A stretch of 64,000 nucleotides of DNA from a virus: the IMG/VR virus record IMGVR_UViG_3300040959_000809, one strand, 5' to 3'. Below, piece after piece: positions 52,665 through 62,322 of this stretch (its first letter is position 1; every line of letters starts with the position of its first letter). The translations under genes and the position numbers were made by a program. The notes under the pieces were generated by a model that had not been told where the DNA came from, did not search any database, and saw only the letters and a program-made list of their open reading frames with translations.

Positions 52665-53318
52665 TTAAAAGGAAATGTTGTTGAAGTTTGAAAATGTCGA
52701 TACATCATTTAAATCAATAGCTTCTAATCTCTCAGCTACCTTCTTTTTCCTTCCTATGAGATTTCCAATAATCTGATCGTTTTCCTCTGCTTTTGCTAGA
52801 ACCTTAGGAGCAAGAATTGCAACTGTGGTTTCTCTTGCATCTGCAATTGCGGTCAGTAGTGGAGTTGATACTGAATTGTCAGCTGTATATGCTAAGGCTT
52901 CTACTCTTTGCTGTGCAAATGTTGATCTTTCAGCCTCAGAATAGCCATTATTATTTGCTGCCATAACTAATTGAGTAAATGACCCTTCTGCCTCGGATTT
53001 TTTTGCTATTTTATAAGTCTTCGCCGCAGCAATTTTTTCTTCATCAGTTGTAAATCTATCAAACGCCTCAAGTTGTGTTGTCCAGACACCATCAACCAGT
53101 GAAACACCAACTGTACGAACCGCCTGATCCCAATTTAAAGAAGGTACGTCTCCTTGTTCTACTATCACATAATCTGATGGGAGATTTGATCTTAGATTTT
53201 CTAGTTCTGGGTTTTGTTTAATTGCGGCCAATAGTTCTGGGTGTTGAAAATGATCCAGAATAGGAAACTCTGCTATCTCATTTGTATCTGGATTGATCTT
53301 AGCAATACGATAAGACAT
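52665..53318 (-). CDS. Tail fibre assembly chaperone-like protein
   Basis: YSEAERSTF..Q..EA.AY..D....TPLL.AIADAR.....LA.KVLAKA pattern. Confidence 0.65.
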   Translation of the reverse strand: MSYRIAKINPDTNEIAEFPILDHFQHPELLAAIKQNPELENLRSNLPSDYVIVEQGDVPSLNWDQAVRTVGVSLVDGVWTTQLEAFDRFTTDEEKIAAAKTYKIAKKSEAEGSFTQLVMAANNNGYSEAERSTFAQQRVEALAYTADNSVSTPLLTAIADARETTVAILAPKVLAKAEENDQIIGNLIGRKKKVAERLEAIDLNDVSTFSNFNNISF

Positions 53319-53330
53319 ATTATAATTCCT

Positions 53331-54941
53331 CTAATTTTGTGTTACACCTGTGGACCGTTCAATAAGCCCATCATAGGTTGTTGGTATTTTAAATATATTT
53401 ATACACGCCCCTGTTGTATTCCAGTTGTTAGAAAGTACTAAGAGACCATAGCCAAGAGATATTTTTGTGCTCGCATAGCCGAAGCCGGTCGAAAAAGAGG
53501 TCCCCGCTGTGTCGTCCGTTGCGTTTGTGTTGCCTAACATATCTTCTGCATATACTACATCAATAAATCTACCGTTAATATCATAAAGTTCCGTTGGGGC
53601 AAATTGGTCAGTAGAATTAGGTGCTGAAGAAACTGTCCCAGCAGGATAAAACGCGCGGCTTGCAATTATGCCGCCGTATATGCCACATCCGTACTCTTGA
53701 TACGGTTGGCTAAAAGTACTATCTGTTGGAGAATCTTGGCATCCCAAAATAGAAAATTGATAATTACCATCCATATCATAAATATATCTTGCACCAATCA
53801 TCCGCGACGAGGGGTTGGCGACATTCCTGGCTGATATCATTATTCTACCAGATCCTATCTTTATATCTTCTCCGATTTTTAAACTTGTCTGCAAAGAAGT
53901 TGAAAAATTTGTCTGCCATGGGTGATAAAGTATCTTTTCAAAATTTCCGTTGAGATCAAACATATGAACCTGACCCATATTTCCTTGCGATGCAGCCTGA
54001 TTGGGGGAATATTGGACAGCTGTGTCCAGTGCCGAAACAACTATTTTTCCGTATCCAATCGCTTGCTGGGCAGTATTTGTTCCACCGTATGTCCGGCCAC
54101 CAAAACTTGCGCTGAAAAATGGTCTATCGTAATCATAAACCATTGGGTCTGGATTCCCAAATGAATTTGATGAAGTAGTGCTATAATATTCCATCTCATT
54201 CTTCCAGAGAAGATTAGGACATATTATATTTCCGTTATAATCGTATATAGTAGCATTTCCTTGGAATGAGCCTGTTCCGGGGTCACCTGGATATCCAGGG
54301 TCTCCGTCAGGCGGCGTAAATCTGTAGTTTCCACTAGCTCTTTGTCTACCGACTACTATTCTTCCACAACCTGCCGCTGCGGCCATACCAAAAGAATCTG
54401 AAGATGTATATAAAGTAGATGGAATAGGAAGTGTGCGCAATAAATTGCCCATTTGATCGTAGACATATGTTCTACCGACATCAAGGTCGCCTCCATTATC
54501 GTATGCATTAGGATCATTATCATAATCATTTGAATTTACTATAAGTAAACCGTCAACACAGTAAATACCCCAACCAAATCCAGTATTACCCGATAAACTA
54601 GTTTCAGGAGCATCTATTCTTCCAAGATAATCTCCGTCAAAACTAAACATATGAACACAGCCCACATCACTATTGTATGTATGGTTACCTACAAATATTC
54701 TGCTTTCGCCTATTGCAGTACCACCTGCGCCAAAATAAGGTTCTGGTGTAGGCGGTTGAACAGTAATACAAGATGCTTGAATATCACCTGCAGTGTAATT
54801 ACTTAGAGTCGGCAGGTCACCGATGGATTCTGGATATCCAACTGACAACTGTACATTATCTATGGTTGTCAGTATCTCTCCTGCATTCCCAATGTGTTTG
54901 TTGCCTCCATAACCGGCGCCTAATGGTGTTTTAAATCCCAT
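53331..54941 (-). CDS. FG-GAP-like beta-propeller protein
   Basis: GESRIFV, FGMAAAAGCGRIVV, GYGKIVV, GSGRIMI each followed by GxVxxYDxxG. Confidence 0.7.
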   Translation of the reverse strand: MGFKTPLGAGYGGNKHIGNAGEILTTIDNVQLSVGYPESIGDLPTLSNYTAGDIQASCITVQPPTPEPYFGAGGTAIGESRIFVGNHTYNSDVGCVHMFSFDGDYLGRIDAPETSLSGNTGFGWGIYCVDGLLIVNSNDYDNDPNAYDNGGDLDVGRTYVYDQMGNLLRTLPIPSTLYTSSDSFGMAAAAGCGRIVVGRQRASGNYRFTPPDGDPGYPGDPGTGSFQGNATIYDYNGNIICPNLLWKNEMEYYSTTSSNSFGNPDPMVYDYDRPFFSASFGGRTYGGTNTAQQAIGYGKIVVSALDTAVQYSPNQAASQGNMGQVHMFDLNGNFEKILYHPWQTNFSTSLQTSLKIGEDIKIGSGRIMISARNVANPSSRMIGARYIYDMDGNYQFSILGCQDSPTDSTFSQPYQEYGCGIYGGIIASRAFYPAGTVSSAPNSTDQFAPTELYDINGRFIDVVYAEDMLGNTNATDDTAGTSFSTGFGYASTKISLGYGLLVLSNNWNTTGACINIFKIPTTYDGLIERSTGVTQN

Positions 54942-54952
54942 ATTTTATTATC

Positions 54953-56671
54953 CTATCCGCTATATACTTGTGGTGATTGCCAACTTAAGCCTGTTGTGCC
55001 AGCAATATCAATGGTTGAATTGTATTTTCTCCAGCGATGTGATTTACTAATTATATCTCTTGGTCTCATTGGCTTTGTGCCTGCTCTTATCTGTAAATAT
55101 TCTGCTCCAGTACTGTTTAGTGAATATCCTATTATATTAAATTCTCTGGAAGTACAATTTTGAGCAACATAATGAGTTCTAGTACCATAATTAGCACCAC
55201 CTGAGATTGAAAAATCATCCATGATATTATGTGCATGTTGGTTATATGCAATTATGTGGTTATTATTAATTCTGCCCATTGATCTATATCTTCCAAACCC
55301 ATCATATGTGGATGATGTATTTGGAGGCTCTATATAACTTATGTATATTCCACTTACTGTATCATATGTAAATATTTTTTTATTAGTATCGTTTGATGTC
55401 CCAACAAAAAGATGTGTACCATCTCCTTCGACCCAATTACCAAACCCGTGTACAGTGTCCAATAAACTCATAGGAGGTCCTATTTCACCAATAAACTTTC
55501 GACTGAGTGAACTGAACATATATACTGCTCCAATCCCACCTCCTGCAAAAGGAGAACCTACGAATAATTTATCGTCGATTACTTTCATGCACCAACCATA
55601 TTTGTCGCCAGACTCAACAACCGTTTCGATAGGTGCAAAAAGGGATGGAGGGCTATCTGCATATGGATAAAGACTAATATTTTGCGCTGACAAAGTAAAA
55701 TTTGGTATATTTGCTCGGTCTGTTAATGAATTAGTTCCTATTCCGAATGGCACACTATATACTCTACCTGAATTATATTTACTAACGGATCCATCAGGGG
55801 AAAAACCAGGTGCTCCAATATAAAGTGTGCCGTTACACCACGCTAACGAGTGCCCAAACTTCATTCCTTCATGTGAAAAATTCGAGTATAAATTATTTGG
55901 AGATAGTGTACTTAATAAAACACCTTTTTTATCATACACATATACACAACCGGCAGCACCACCTGTTGTAGTATTCGCATTTGCCCAGCGTTCAGACGAT
56001 CCTAAGCCTCCACCGCTAAGTGTAGTTACTGTAACACCAGATGGTTTTCCACCTGGACATCCTACAAATATTTTATTTCCGCCAATGACAACCGATGCGC
56101 CGTAATGGGCATATGATTTCTGATCGCCGGCGGGAAGATTAAGAGTCTCTCGAATACCATAAAGATTAAACCCTGTTGGAGTTGCTGGGTTGTGAACATT
56201 ACGAGTATAGACAACACCTTCTTCTATATTACCGTTTTGCGTGGTATGGGGATGTCCAGTAATTAAAGTATGAGTTTCTGTAACCTTTCCAGGTGTGGTC
56301 GAGTTTATTTCGACTGGTGTGCCACTACCAGGGACTTGGTTGCCGCCCCACCAAGGAGCAATATCAAAACAACTACTTCCATATTCTGACATACCACGAT
56401 GAGAAACACCGTTAACATCCAAGGGTAATTCTTCCAAGTTTTCTGTGCCCAAAATGTTTTTTGGAAAGTCATTCATTGCTGTAGGTTTACGATTAGTAGA
56501 AAAAACTGCAGGTTCACCAGGTTGAGAACCTATAGTAGATTCAATTAAAACTGAAGTGTCATGATTAGCGCCTTCAAGCCCGACGATGCTTGCATACGCA
56601 GAAACCGGACCTCCGCCACTTGAAGTTGGCACATTATTACTTCCCTGAGTTACTTTTTTAATAAAAGACAT
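54953..56671 (-). CDS. FG-GAP-like beta-propeller protein
   Basis: YGASVVIGG..IFVGCPG...GCVYVYD, FGHSLAW...YIGAPG...GRVY, YGWCM...FVGSP...GAVYMF. Confidence 0.72.
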   Translation of the reverse strand: MSFIKKVTQGSNNVPTSSGGGPVSAYASIVGLEGANHDTSVLIESTIGSQPGEPAVFSTNRKPTAMNDFPKNILGTENLEELPLDVNGVSHRGMSEYGSSCFDIAPWWGGNQVPGSGTPVEINSTTPGKVTETHTLITGHPHTTQNGNIEEGVVYTRNVHNPATPTGFNLYGIRETLNLPAGDQKSYAHYGASVVIGGNKIFVGCPGGKPSGVTVTTLSGGGLGSSERWANANTTTGGAAGCVYVYDKKGVLLSTLSPNNLYSNFSHEGMKFGHSLAWCNGTLYIGAPGFSPDGSVSKYNSGRVYSVPFGIGTNSLTDRANIPNFTLSAQNISLYPYADSPPSLFAPIETVVESGDKYGWCMKVIDDKLFVGSPFAGGGIGAVYMFSSLSRKFIGEIGPPMSLLDTVHGFGNWVEGDGTHLFVGTSNDTNKKIFTYDTVSGIYISYIEPPNTSSTYDGFGRYRSMGRINNNHIIAYNQHAHNIMDDFSISGGANYGTRTHYVAQNCTSREFNIIGYSLNSTGAEYLQIRAGTKPMRPRDIISKSHRWRKYNSTIDIAGTTGLSWQSPQVYSG

Positions 56672-56674
56672 TTA

Positions 56675-56941
56675 TTACTGATCCTCCAAATCAACAAATG
56701 TGGATATAACATTTTCCTTTTGGACAATAAAAAAATCATTTGTTGTTAATGACCATAATACTGTATTTGAATTATCCGCATTATCGTTAATCGTTTGATA
56801 TTGCTCTGGCATATTTGTTACGATATCGGGGTGCAAGGTAAAAAAATCATATTTTGATTCGTGATCATATTCGTTTATTAAATATGATATTGCTAATTTT
56901 TTATGTGCCTTAGCAGGGATTAAAATTGCTTCTTTTTTCAT
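56675..56941 (-). CDS. Small hypothetical protein within the propeller array (possible chaperone)
   Basis: 88-aa ORF tightly packed between array genes. Confidence 0.5.
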   Translation of the reverse strand: MKKEAILIPAKAHKKLAISYLINEYDHESKYDFFTLHPDIVTNMPEQYQTINDNADNSNTVLWSLTTNDFFIVQKENVISTFVDLEDQ

Positions 56942-56974
56942 TTGTAATACCTCAATATTTTATTTATTATTTCT

Positions 56975-58696
56975 CTATACATCATAGAGGTATGTATAAA
57001 AACCTTGAGCTAATATATTGGAACCATCTGATTGATCTGATATTTCCACCCTCATATCTGCTCCAACATTTGACCCACTTGCAGACCAGTATATTTTTCT
57101 GTCTTGTGTAAAATCGTGCCAAACATCTATTGCGTCGCCGATGTCAGGATCATCTCCTGATAATTTGGTAAATCTCACATAGTATGTTCCTAATGGTGGA
57201 TTACTACTACACCAAGTACCTCGTTGTTTATTTACAAGTCCTGTCTTGCCCCAAACAGTACCATTTGATTTAAATTCCCAACCGCCATCAAAATTTTCCA
57301 ATTGTCTATTTTCAAGAAAGCCACCATATAGTGCAATGGTCTCAACAACATTGTCAAATAATTCTTTAGGTTTTCTTTTATACTCTTGGTCGATGTTATT
57401 ATATGCGTCTTTGAGAGCTGGTGTATTATAAAAGAAAACCTGACCCTTATCGCCTTGCACGGGTGCGGTCCCAAGAGGATCACCAAATATTACCAAGCCG
57501 TCGGCTGCAGCAAATCCTTCTCGAATCATTACAGTATCAGATGATGAATATACTAATCCGTCTCCAGGAGAAACCAAATTAGTCATTGGTATTGTTCCAA
57601 TAAAATTACCTTCAAGATCATATACAGAAGGTTCGGTATCTGCTCGTTTTTTGATATAAATTCGTCCATCACCAACACCGACCATACGCCCCCAACCTCC
57701 CGTTGCGGTAGGATTTGGATCTCTAATGATATTTAAAAAATTACCATCGTAATCAAAAATAGCAACAATACCTTCTTGGAATAAACCACCAGCAGGAGAA
57801 AAATAAGAGCAACCAATTGCTAGAATACCATTTCCCATAGAAATATGATCACCAAATGGTAATCCATCACCGCCACTTAATCCCAGTGGTATGTCTGCTA
57901 ACCCAATACTTTTAATTAAGACACCGGATAAATCATGTAGATTAACATAGTCACTTTGTGATGGTAGAGGATAATCTCCTGAAGGCGGCGCACTTGAAAG
58001 ACGGACAGGAATTGCCAGTCTATTGTGAGAACCATCTATTGGTTTTGTTAGACTAAATTTGTCTGTTCCAGGAGTATAGAATTTTGTAATATATTCGCCA
58101 TCAAGATCAAATACATATACGGCAATGTAATAGTCCGGACTGGCATTTCCACCGTCAGTCGAACATAGTACATAAATTCTTCCACCTATAATTTTTATGC
58201 CGGTTCCAAATGCTCGGCCTTTGGAAACCAAAGTGGGTGGTTCTGGATGCAGGACCTTTTTAATATATGCTTTACTTACAGAATCCCAGAGATGAAAAGC
58301 ACCATTCCAAGCATCGGTACCACCAATTCCATCATCTTGCTGCTCACTTACTACTATTCTTCCGTAACCAATATCCACATGTCTTGCAAACTCATCGCCT
58401 GCAATCACACCTGGTCGTTCAAGTACCTCTCCATAATTTCCTTCAAAGTCAAACAAATATGCAAAACCAGAGTTATCATCACTGGATGTACCACTTGGAC
58501 TACCAATTACAACTTTACCATCACCTATTGCTATTGCCTGTCCAAAACTATACGATCCAGGTGAGGATCTAATATTTTTTAATATAGGCATCTGCAAATT
58601 ATTATAGCCTTTTGGAAAGCTAAAATCGGAATCAATAACCGTTCTGTTTTGGTCCACATAATATGTTGTAATTTGATTGTTTACTTTAATTGCCAT
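56975..58696 (-). CDS. FG-GAP-like beta-propeller protein with C-terminal beta-domain
   Basis: FGQAIAIGDGKVVIGSP...GFAYLFD, FGDHISMGNG...GIVAIFDYDG; C-terminus resembles that of ORF 50228. Confidence 0.72.
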   Translation of the reverse strand: MAIKVNNQITTYYVDQNRTVIDSDFSFPKGYNNLQMPILKNIRSSPGSYSFGQAIAIGDGKVVIGSPSGTSSDDNSGFAYLFDFEGNYGEVLERPGVIAGDEFARHVDIGYGRIVVSEQQDDGIGGTDAWNGAFHLWDSVSKAYIKKVLHPEPPTLVSKGRAFGTGIKIIGGRIYVLCSTDGGNASPDYYIAVYVFDLDGEYITKFYTPGTDKFSLTKPIDGSHNRLAIPVRLSSAPPSGDYPLPSQSDYVNLHDLSGVLIKSIGLADIPLGLSGGDGLPFGDHISMGNGILAIGCSYFSPAGGLFQEGIVAIFDYDGNFLNIIRDPNPTATGGWGRMVGVGDGRIYIKKRADTEPSVYDLEGNFIGTIPMTNLVSPGDGLVYSSSDTVMIREGFAAADGLVIFGDPLGTAPVQGDKGQVFFYNTPALKDAYNNIDQEYKRKPKELFDNVVETIALYGGFLENRQLENFDGGWEFKSNGTVWGKTGLVNKQRGTWCSSNPPLGTYYVRFTKLSGDDPDIGDAIDVWHDFTQDRKIYWSASGSNVGADMRVEISDQSDGSNILAQGFYTYLYDV

Positions 58697-58705
58697 ATTC
58701 GTGTC

Positions 58706-60160
58706 CTATGTTACTCTCTCATCCATATTAATATAAGTACTCAGTAATGTTTCTGTCGCACTACCAACTGTCTGTGGTAGTTTATATCTGTAAACAAAAC
58801 CACCTTGCCCATTAATTTCACCACATATGAATACATAGCCATCAGCTATATTAACTTGCTCTACTACGTGTGGTTGGTTGTTTTTCAAAGGATGAATATT
58901 AAATGCTTCTATAAGATTGTGGTCCTTAAGCGACCAGACATTTACACGAGCTGTGCCATTAGTTGAATGTGCTGCATTTGCAGTACCGACAATAAATCCA
59001 CAACCTATATCAAAATCACCATCTACTGATGTACCATCACCTTTTGTTCCGAATGCACCACCATTAGCTCTTGCATTTACCATTTTAATTGGGCCGTGCA
59101 TTTTACCAGAGTTAATTTCCCAATAAACTATGCCGCCAGGGTTTAAAACAGGTTGGTGCCATTGATCACCTGATGAACCATCTAATGTGGTACCTACATA
59201 CCCAGAACCTACTCTAATTCTTCTTCCCATGTTTTCAGGATAAGATGTACCAGGTAGTTCATATGAAGGATAATAGTAATTTCTCATCCATTTTCCGTCA
59301 GTAGTCCAAGCAGAAACACCACCAGTTCTATTCCAAGTTTCTGACGGCCCACCAAGATCATTAACTTGGTATCTCATATCCTTATCGGCAATGAAAAATC
59401 TACCTTCACCGTGGGCAATGGCATTCCCAAATGAACTATCTTGAGCATCAATAAAGGTATTTCCTAACTGATCTGTCCACCATTCTGAAGGTCTTATAAA
59501 CGTATTAGCAAGGGCAAACGGTAAATTTGATGTATTCTTTGCATCCATAAATTCAACCGAAAAGCCTGTTTGGGCAGCAGTACCTTGATATGATTTAGTC
59601 AGTGGAGATCCAATTACTGCTATGTCATCATTGCCTACCGTAAATGTATTCTTTGATCCTGTTTTGCCTTCATTCTCATTTCTAGCATTAAGTCGAATTA
59701 TAGAAAAACGGTAGTTTCCAAAATGATCTCTTACTTCAATATTACCTGGATTAGTAAAACCATTGTGATCAGCCTCGGGTTGGCCAATTAGTATTTTACC
59801 TTGCCCTAATTCAATGTGTTCACCAAATCTTGTGGCTCCAGCTGAATAAAGAGATGGTGTTAGGTTTTTCCAAAGTTCACCAGAATAATTTGTAATCCAT
59901 ACCTGACCGGACGTTACATCCTCTGGGTTTCCAATTACAAGTTTTCCAGCCCCTACAGCAACTGAAGTAACTTTTCCAAATTCGTTTGATGCTGGGTTCC
60001 AAAGATCCCATTGCAGTTGTGGATTTATTTCAAAAAGAGTTGCTTGAATAGTTGGTACATTTGGATAAATGACCGAAGGACCATCAGATGCTATTTGTGA
60101 ATTGGTGGAATCATCATATACCGCACCATTGGCATTATAATTGTTTATAAAAACACTCAT
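58706..60160 (-). CDS. FG-GAP-like beta-propeller protein
   Basis: GAGKLVIGNP, FGEHIELGQGKILIGQP, FGNAIAHGEGRFFI. Confidence 0.7.
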   Translation of the reverse strand: MSVFINNYNANGAVYDDSTNSQIASDGPSVIYPNVPTIQATLFEINPQLQWDLWNPASNEFGKVTSVAVGAGKLVIGNPEDVTSGQVWITNYSGELWKNLTPSLYSAGATRFGEHIELGQGKILIGQPEADHNGFTNPGNIEVRDHFGNYRFSIIRLNARNENEGKTGSKNTFTVGNDDIAVIGSPLTKSYQGTAAQTGFSVEFMDAKNTSNLPFALANTFIRPSEWWTDQLGNTFIDAQDSSFGNAIAHGEGRFFIADKDMRYQVNDLGGPSETWNRTGGVSAWTTDGKWMRNYYYPSYELPGTSYPENMGRRIRVGSGYVGTTLDGSSGDQWHQPVLNPGGIVYWEINSGKMHGPIKMVNARANGGAFGTKGDGTSVDGDFDIGCGFIVGTANAAHSTNGTARVNVWSLKDHNLIEAFNIHPLKNNQPHVVEQVNIADGYVFICGEINGQGGFVYRYKLPQTVGSATETLLSTYINMDERVT

Positions 60161-61488
60161 TATGTTTTTCCTAAAATCTTTTGTCTCAAGGACAATGGGT
60201 CAACTAAATTTCTTGTTTTAAAGGAAACTGCACCGGTCGGTGACATCAAAGAAGCGTTACCTAATACTCCAGCAATACCATGTTTAACATCAGCTTCTCT
60301 TGAAAAGTCATCATTGTCTATCGGATTCGGTCTAAGGTAACCTATGGTGCCACCTTCTAAATCCCACACAGCAATACCACCAGGCCGAACAAGTGAAGAG
60401 TCATTAGCATTCACCCTCATATCGGTTGCATATATTCTTCCATTATCAATATAAACTTTTCCAAATCCGTATGATCCAGATGCCCCGGCCTGATTAAAAT
60501 GAACTAAGGTGTTTATATGATCGCCATTATAATTAAATAGATATATTGCACCTATGTATCCATTTGGGCCCAATACGCTGTTCAGCTCATTGGAAAGTTC
60601 TGGACAAGTGACAGCTATAACTCCACCACCTATAGCACAATGTCTACCAAACTTCTCACCTCTTGTTACATCAGGTTCTGGTGAAACTATTTCCCTTAAA
60701 AGGTTTCCGTCTAAATCATATATTCCTACAAAGCCTTCTCTATTACTAGAACCGGGAGATGTGCTATCACGTGCAGTACTAACAACCATTAAGCCATCGG
60801 CAAAGTCAACACATTCCGGTGCATAAGGAGTTCCATATTCGGAATTTCGTAAAGTTATTTCCTTTATGAGAGTGCCATCCTTATTGTATAGCCAGGTTCT
60901 AGGTATTCCGGCACCGCCTTTTAAAGCTATTCTATCTTCACCAGCCGCTATATTGTTTCCAAACCTTGTCTCATTGACTGAAATTGGTGAATTAATAATG
61001 AATTTTTGAGTACCGTCAAGATTATAAACATGAACTCTACCAACAGAGTTATTTGATGGATATCTAACCTCTGAAAAAATAAGTTGACCTTGAGCAATTA
61101 CAATACTGTTCATACCAAACGGCCCAACATAGGACCCAATACTACTGGTATTCGCATCTGATATGATTATTTTGTAAAGAAGTGCTTCTGGGTTTTCGGC
61201 GCTTTCCAATATGCGTTCGGCATCATATACTCTTATGGTTTTGTTGTCTGGATCTCCTATTGCAAGTAAGCCATTACCAGCACCAACAGAACCTTTTCCA
61301 ATTATAACACCATCATCATAAAGATATGTTGGCAGTGAGGAATAACCTGGCTCGACTTGACGGCCTGAATAATTAATTGAATCAGGATTGGTTAGGTCGG
61401 GTGCTACTCCACCACCAGAACCATATAGTGCTGGTTTACCATTAGCTGTACTTAAATATTTTTGAGAATCAGCTACTTTGAGTGCCAT
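60160..61488 (-). CDS. FG-GAP-like beta-propeller protein
   Basis: GNGLLAIGDP, GRVHVYNLDG, FGNNIAAGED, FGRHCAIGGG...GAIYLFNYNG. Confidence 0.7.
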   Translation of the reverse strand: MALKVADSQKYLSTANGKPALYGSGGGVAPDLTNPDSINYSGRQVEPGYSSLPTYLYDDGVIIGKGSVGAGNGLLAIGDPDNKTIRVYDAERILESAENPEALLYKIIISDANTSSIGSYVGPFGMNSIVIAQGQLIFSEVRYPSNNSVGRVHVYNLDGTQKFIINSPISVNETRFGNNIAAGEDRIALKGGAGIPRTWLYNKDGTLIKEITLRNSEYGTPYAPECVDFADGLMVVSTARDSTSPGSSNREGFVGIYDLDGNLLREIVSPEPDVTRGEKFGRHCAIGGGVIAVTCPELSNELNSVLGPNGYIGAIYLFNYNGDHINTLVHFNQAGASGSYGFGKVYIDNGRIYATDMRVNANDSSLVRPGGIAVWDLEGGTIGYLRPNPIDNDDFSREADVKHGIAGVLGNASLMSPTGAVSFKTRNLVDPLSLRQKILGKT

Positions 61489-61529
61489 TTGTATCTCCGG
61501 ACAATAGGTTGTGAACTACTTTCTATTGT

Positions 61530-61537
61530 TATTTATA
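61530..61537 (-). promoter_or_regulatory. Late promoter heading the propeller array
   Basis: TATAAATA on - strand, overlapping the upstream stop codon. Confidence 0.75.
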
Positions 61538-62306
61538 CACGGCGTTCGATGTCGTCCTCTGATAATACATCACCCATCCATACCTCAATTACCTTTACTG
61601 GTTTGTTTCCCACGTTTATAGCCTTATGCCATGTTCGCTTAGGTATGTCTATACTATCGCCGGTTTTATAGATCTTTTTAGTTTCATATCCATTTGGAAA
61701 TTCCAAATTCATTCTTAAATCACCATCGACGATATGCCAATGTTCAGAACGTACAAAGTGTCTTTGGTCTGACAATGATTTACCAACATCAATGGATAAT
61801 TCTTTTACCTTCCAATGGCCATTATGATCTAATTCTCTGTATTTGCCCCATAGTCTTTCCGTGGTTGGTTTATCCCAATTTTTTAAAATCCAACTGGAAC
61901 TATTTGCTTTATTTGTCCCACCAACACCAAACTCAAATATTACATCATCACTGAATACCATCTCGGGTATATTTTCTTTTGTTCGATCTCCGCCATTGCA
62001 AAATACAATACGACATTTGGAATATTTTTCTAAAACTTTTTTAATGCAATCAATTGCCGTGTCATCAGAATCATCAAACTCTATAATTTCATCAACCATG
62101 TTTAAATGTTCAATGATTGTTTTACGTTCATTATAAGGCATAAATTCACGGCTTTTTTTTCTTTGCAACCAAGCATCAGAATTAATACCGACGACCAGCC
62201 AATCGCATAGTAAATTAGCATGATTCAGATAATGAATATGCCCAGAATGTACTGGGTCAAATCCACCAGTTACGATTCCTACAGTTTTAATTTCTTTCAT
62301 TGCCAT
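61533..62306 (-). CDS. HxGH nucleotidyltransferase (RfaE/TagD-like) fused to a mannose-6-phosphate isomerase-type cupin
   Basis: GGFDPVHSGH, VGINSD, NGGDR; C-terminal SLSDQRH..RSEHWHIVDG, IP..TWH, VIEVW.G..L.EDDIER. Confidence 0.85.
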   Translation of the reverse strand: MAMKEIKTVGIVTGGFDPVHSGHIHYLNHANLLCDWLVVGINSDAWLQRKKSREFMPYNERKTIIEHLNMVDEIIEFDDSDDTAIDCIKKVLEKYSKCRIVFCNGGDRTKENIPEMVFSDDVIFEFGVGGTNKANSSSWILKNWDKPTTERLWGKYRELDHNGHWKVKELSIDVGKSLSDQRHFVRSEHWHIVDGDLRMNLEFPNGYETKKIYKTGDSIDIPKRTWHKAINVGNKPVKVIEVWMGDVLSEDDIERRV

Positions 62307-62322
62307 GGTTTATTTACTCTCC

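Noticed and set aside
50228-61488. Diversity-generating retroelement acting on the propeller C-termini
   Set aside because: The paralogous C-terminal segments are similar only as protein; I saw no near-identical template/variable repeat pair with A-specific mismatches and no reverse transcriptase in the window
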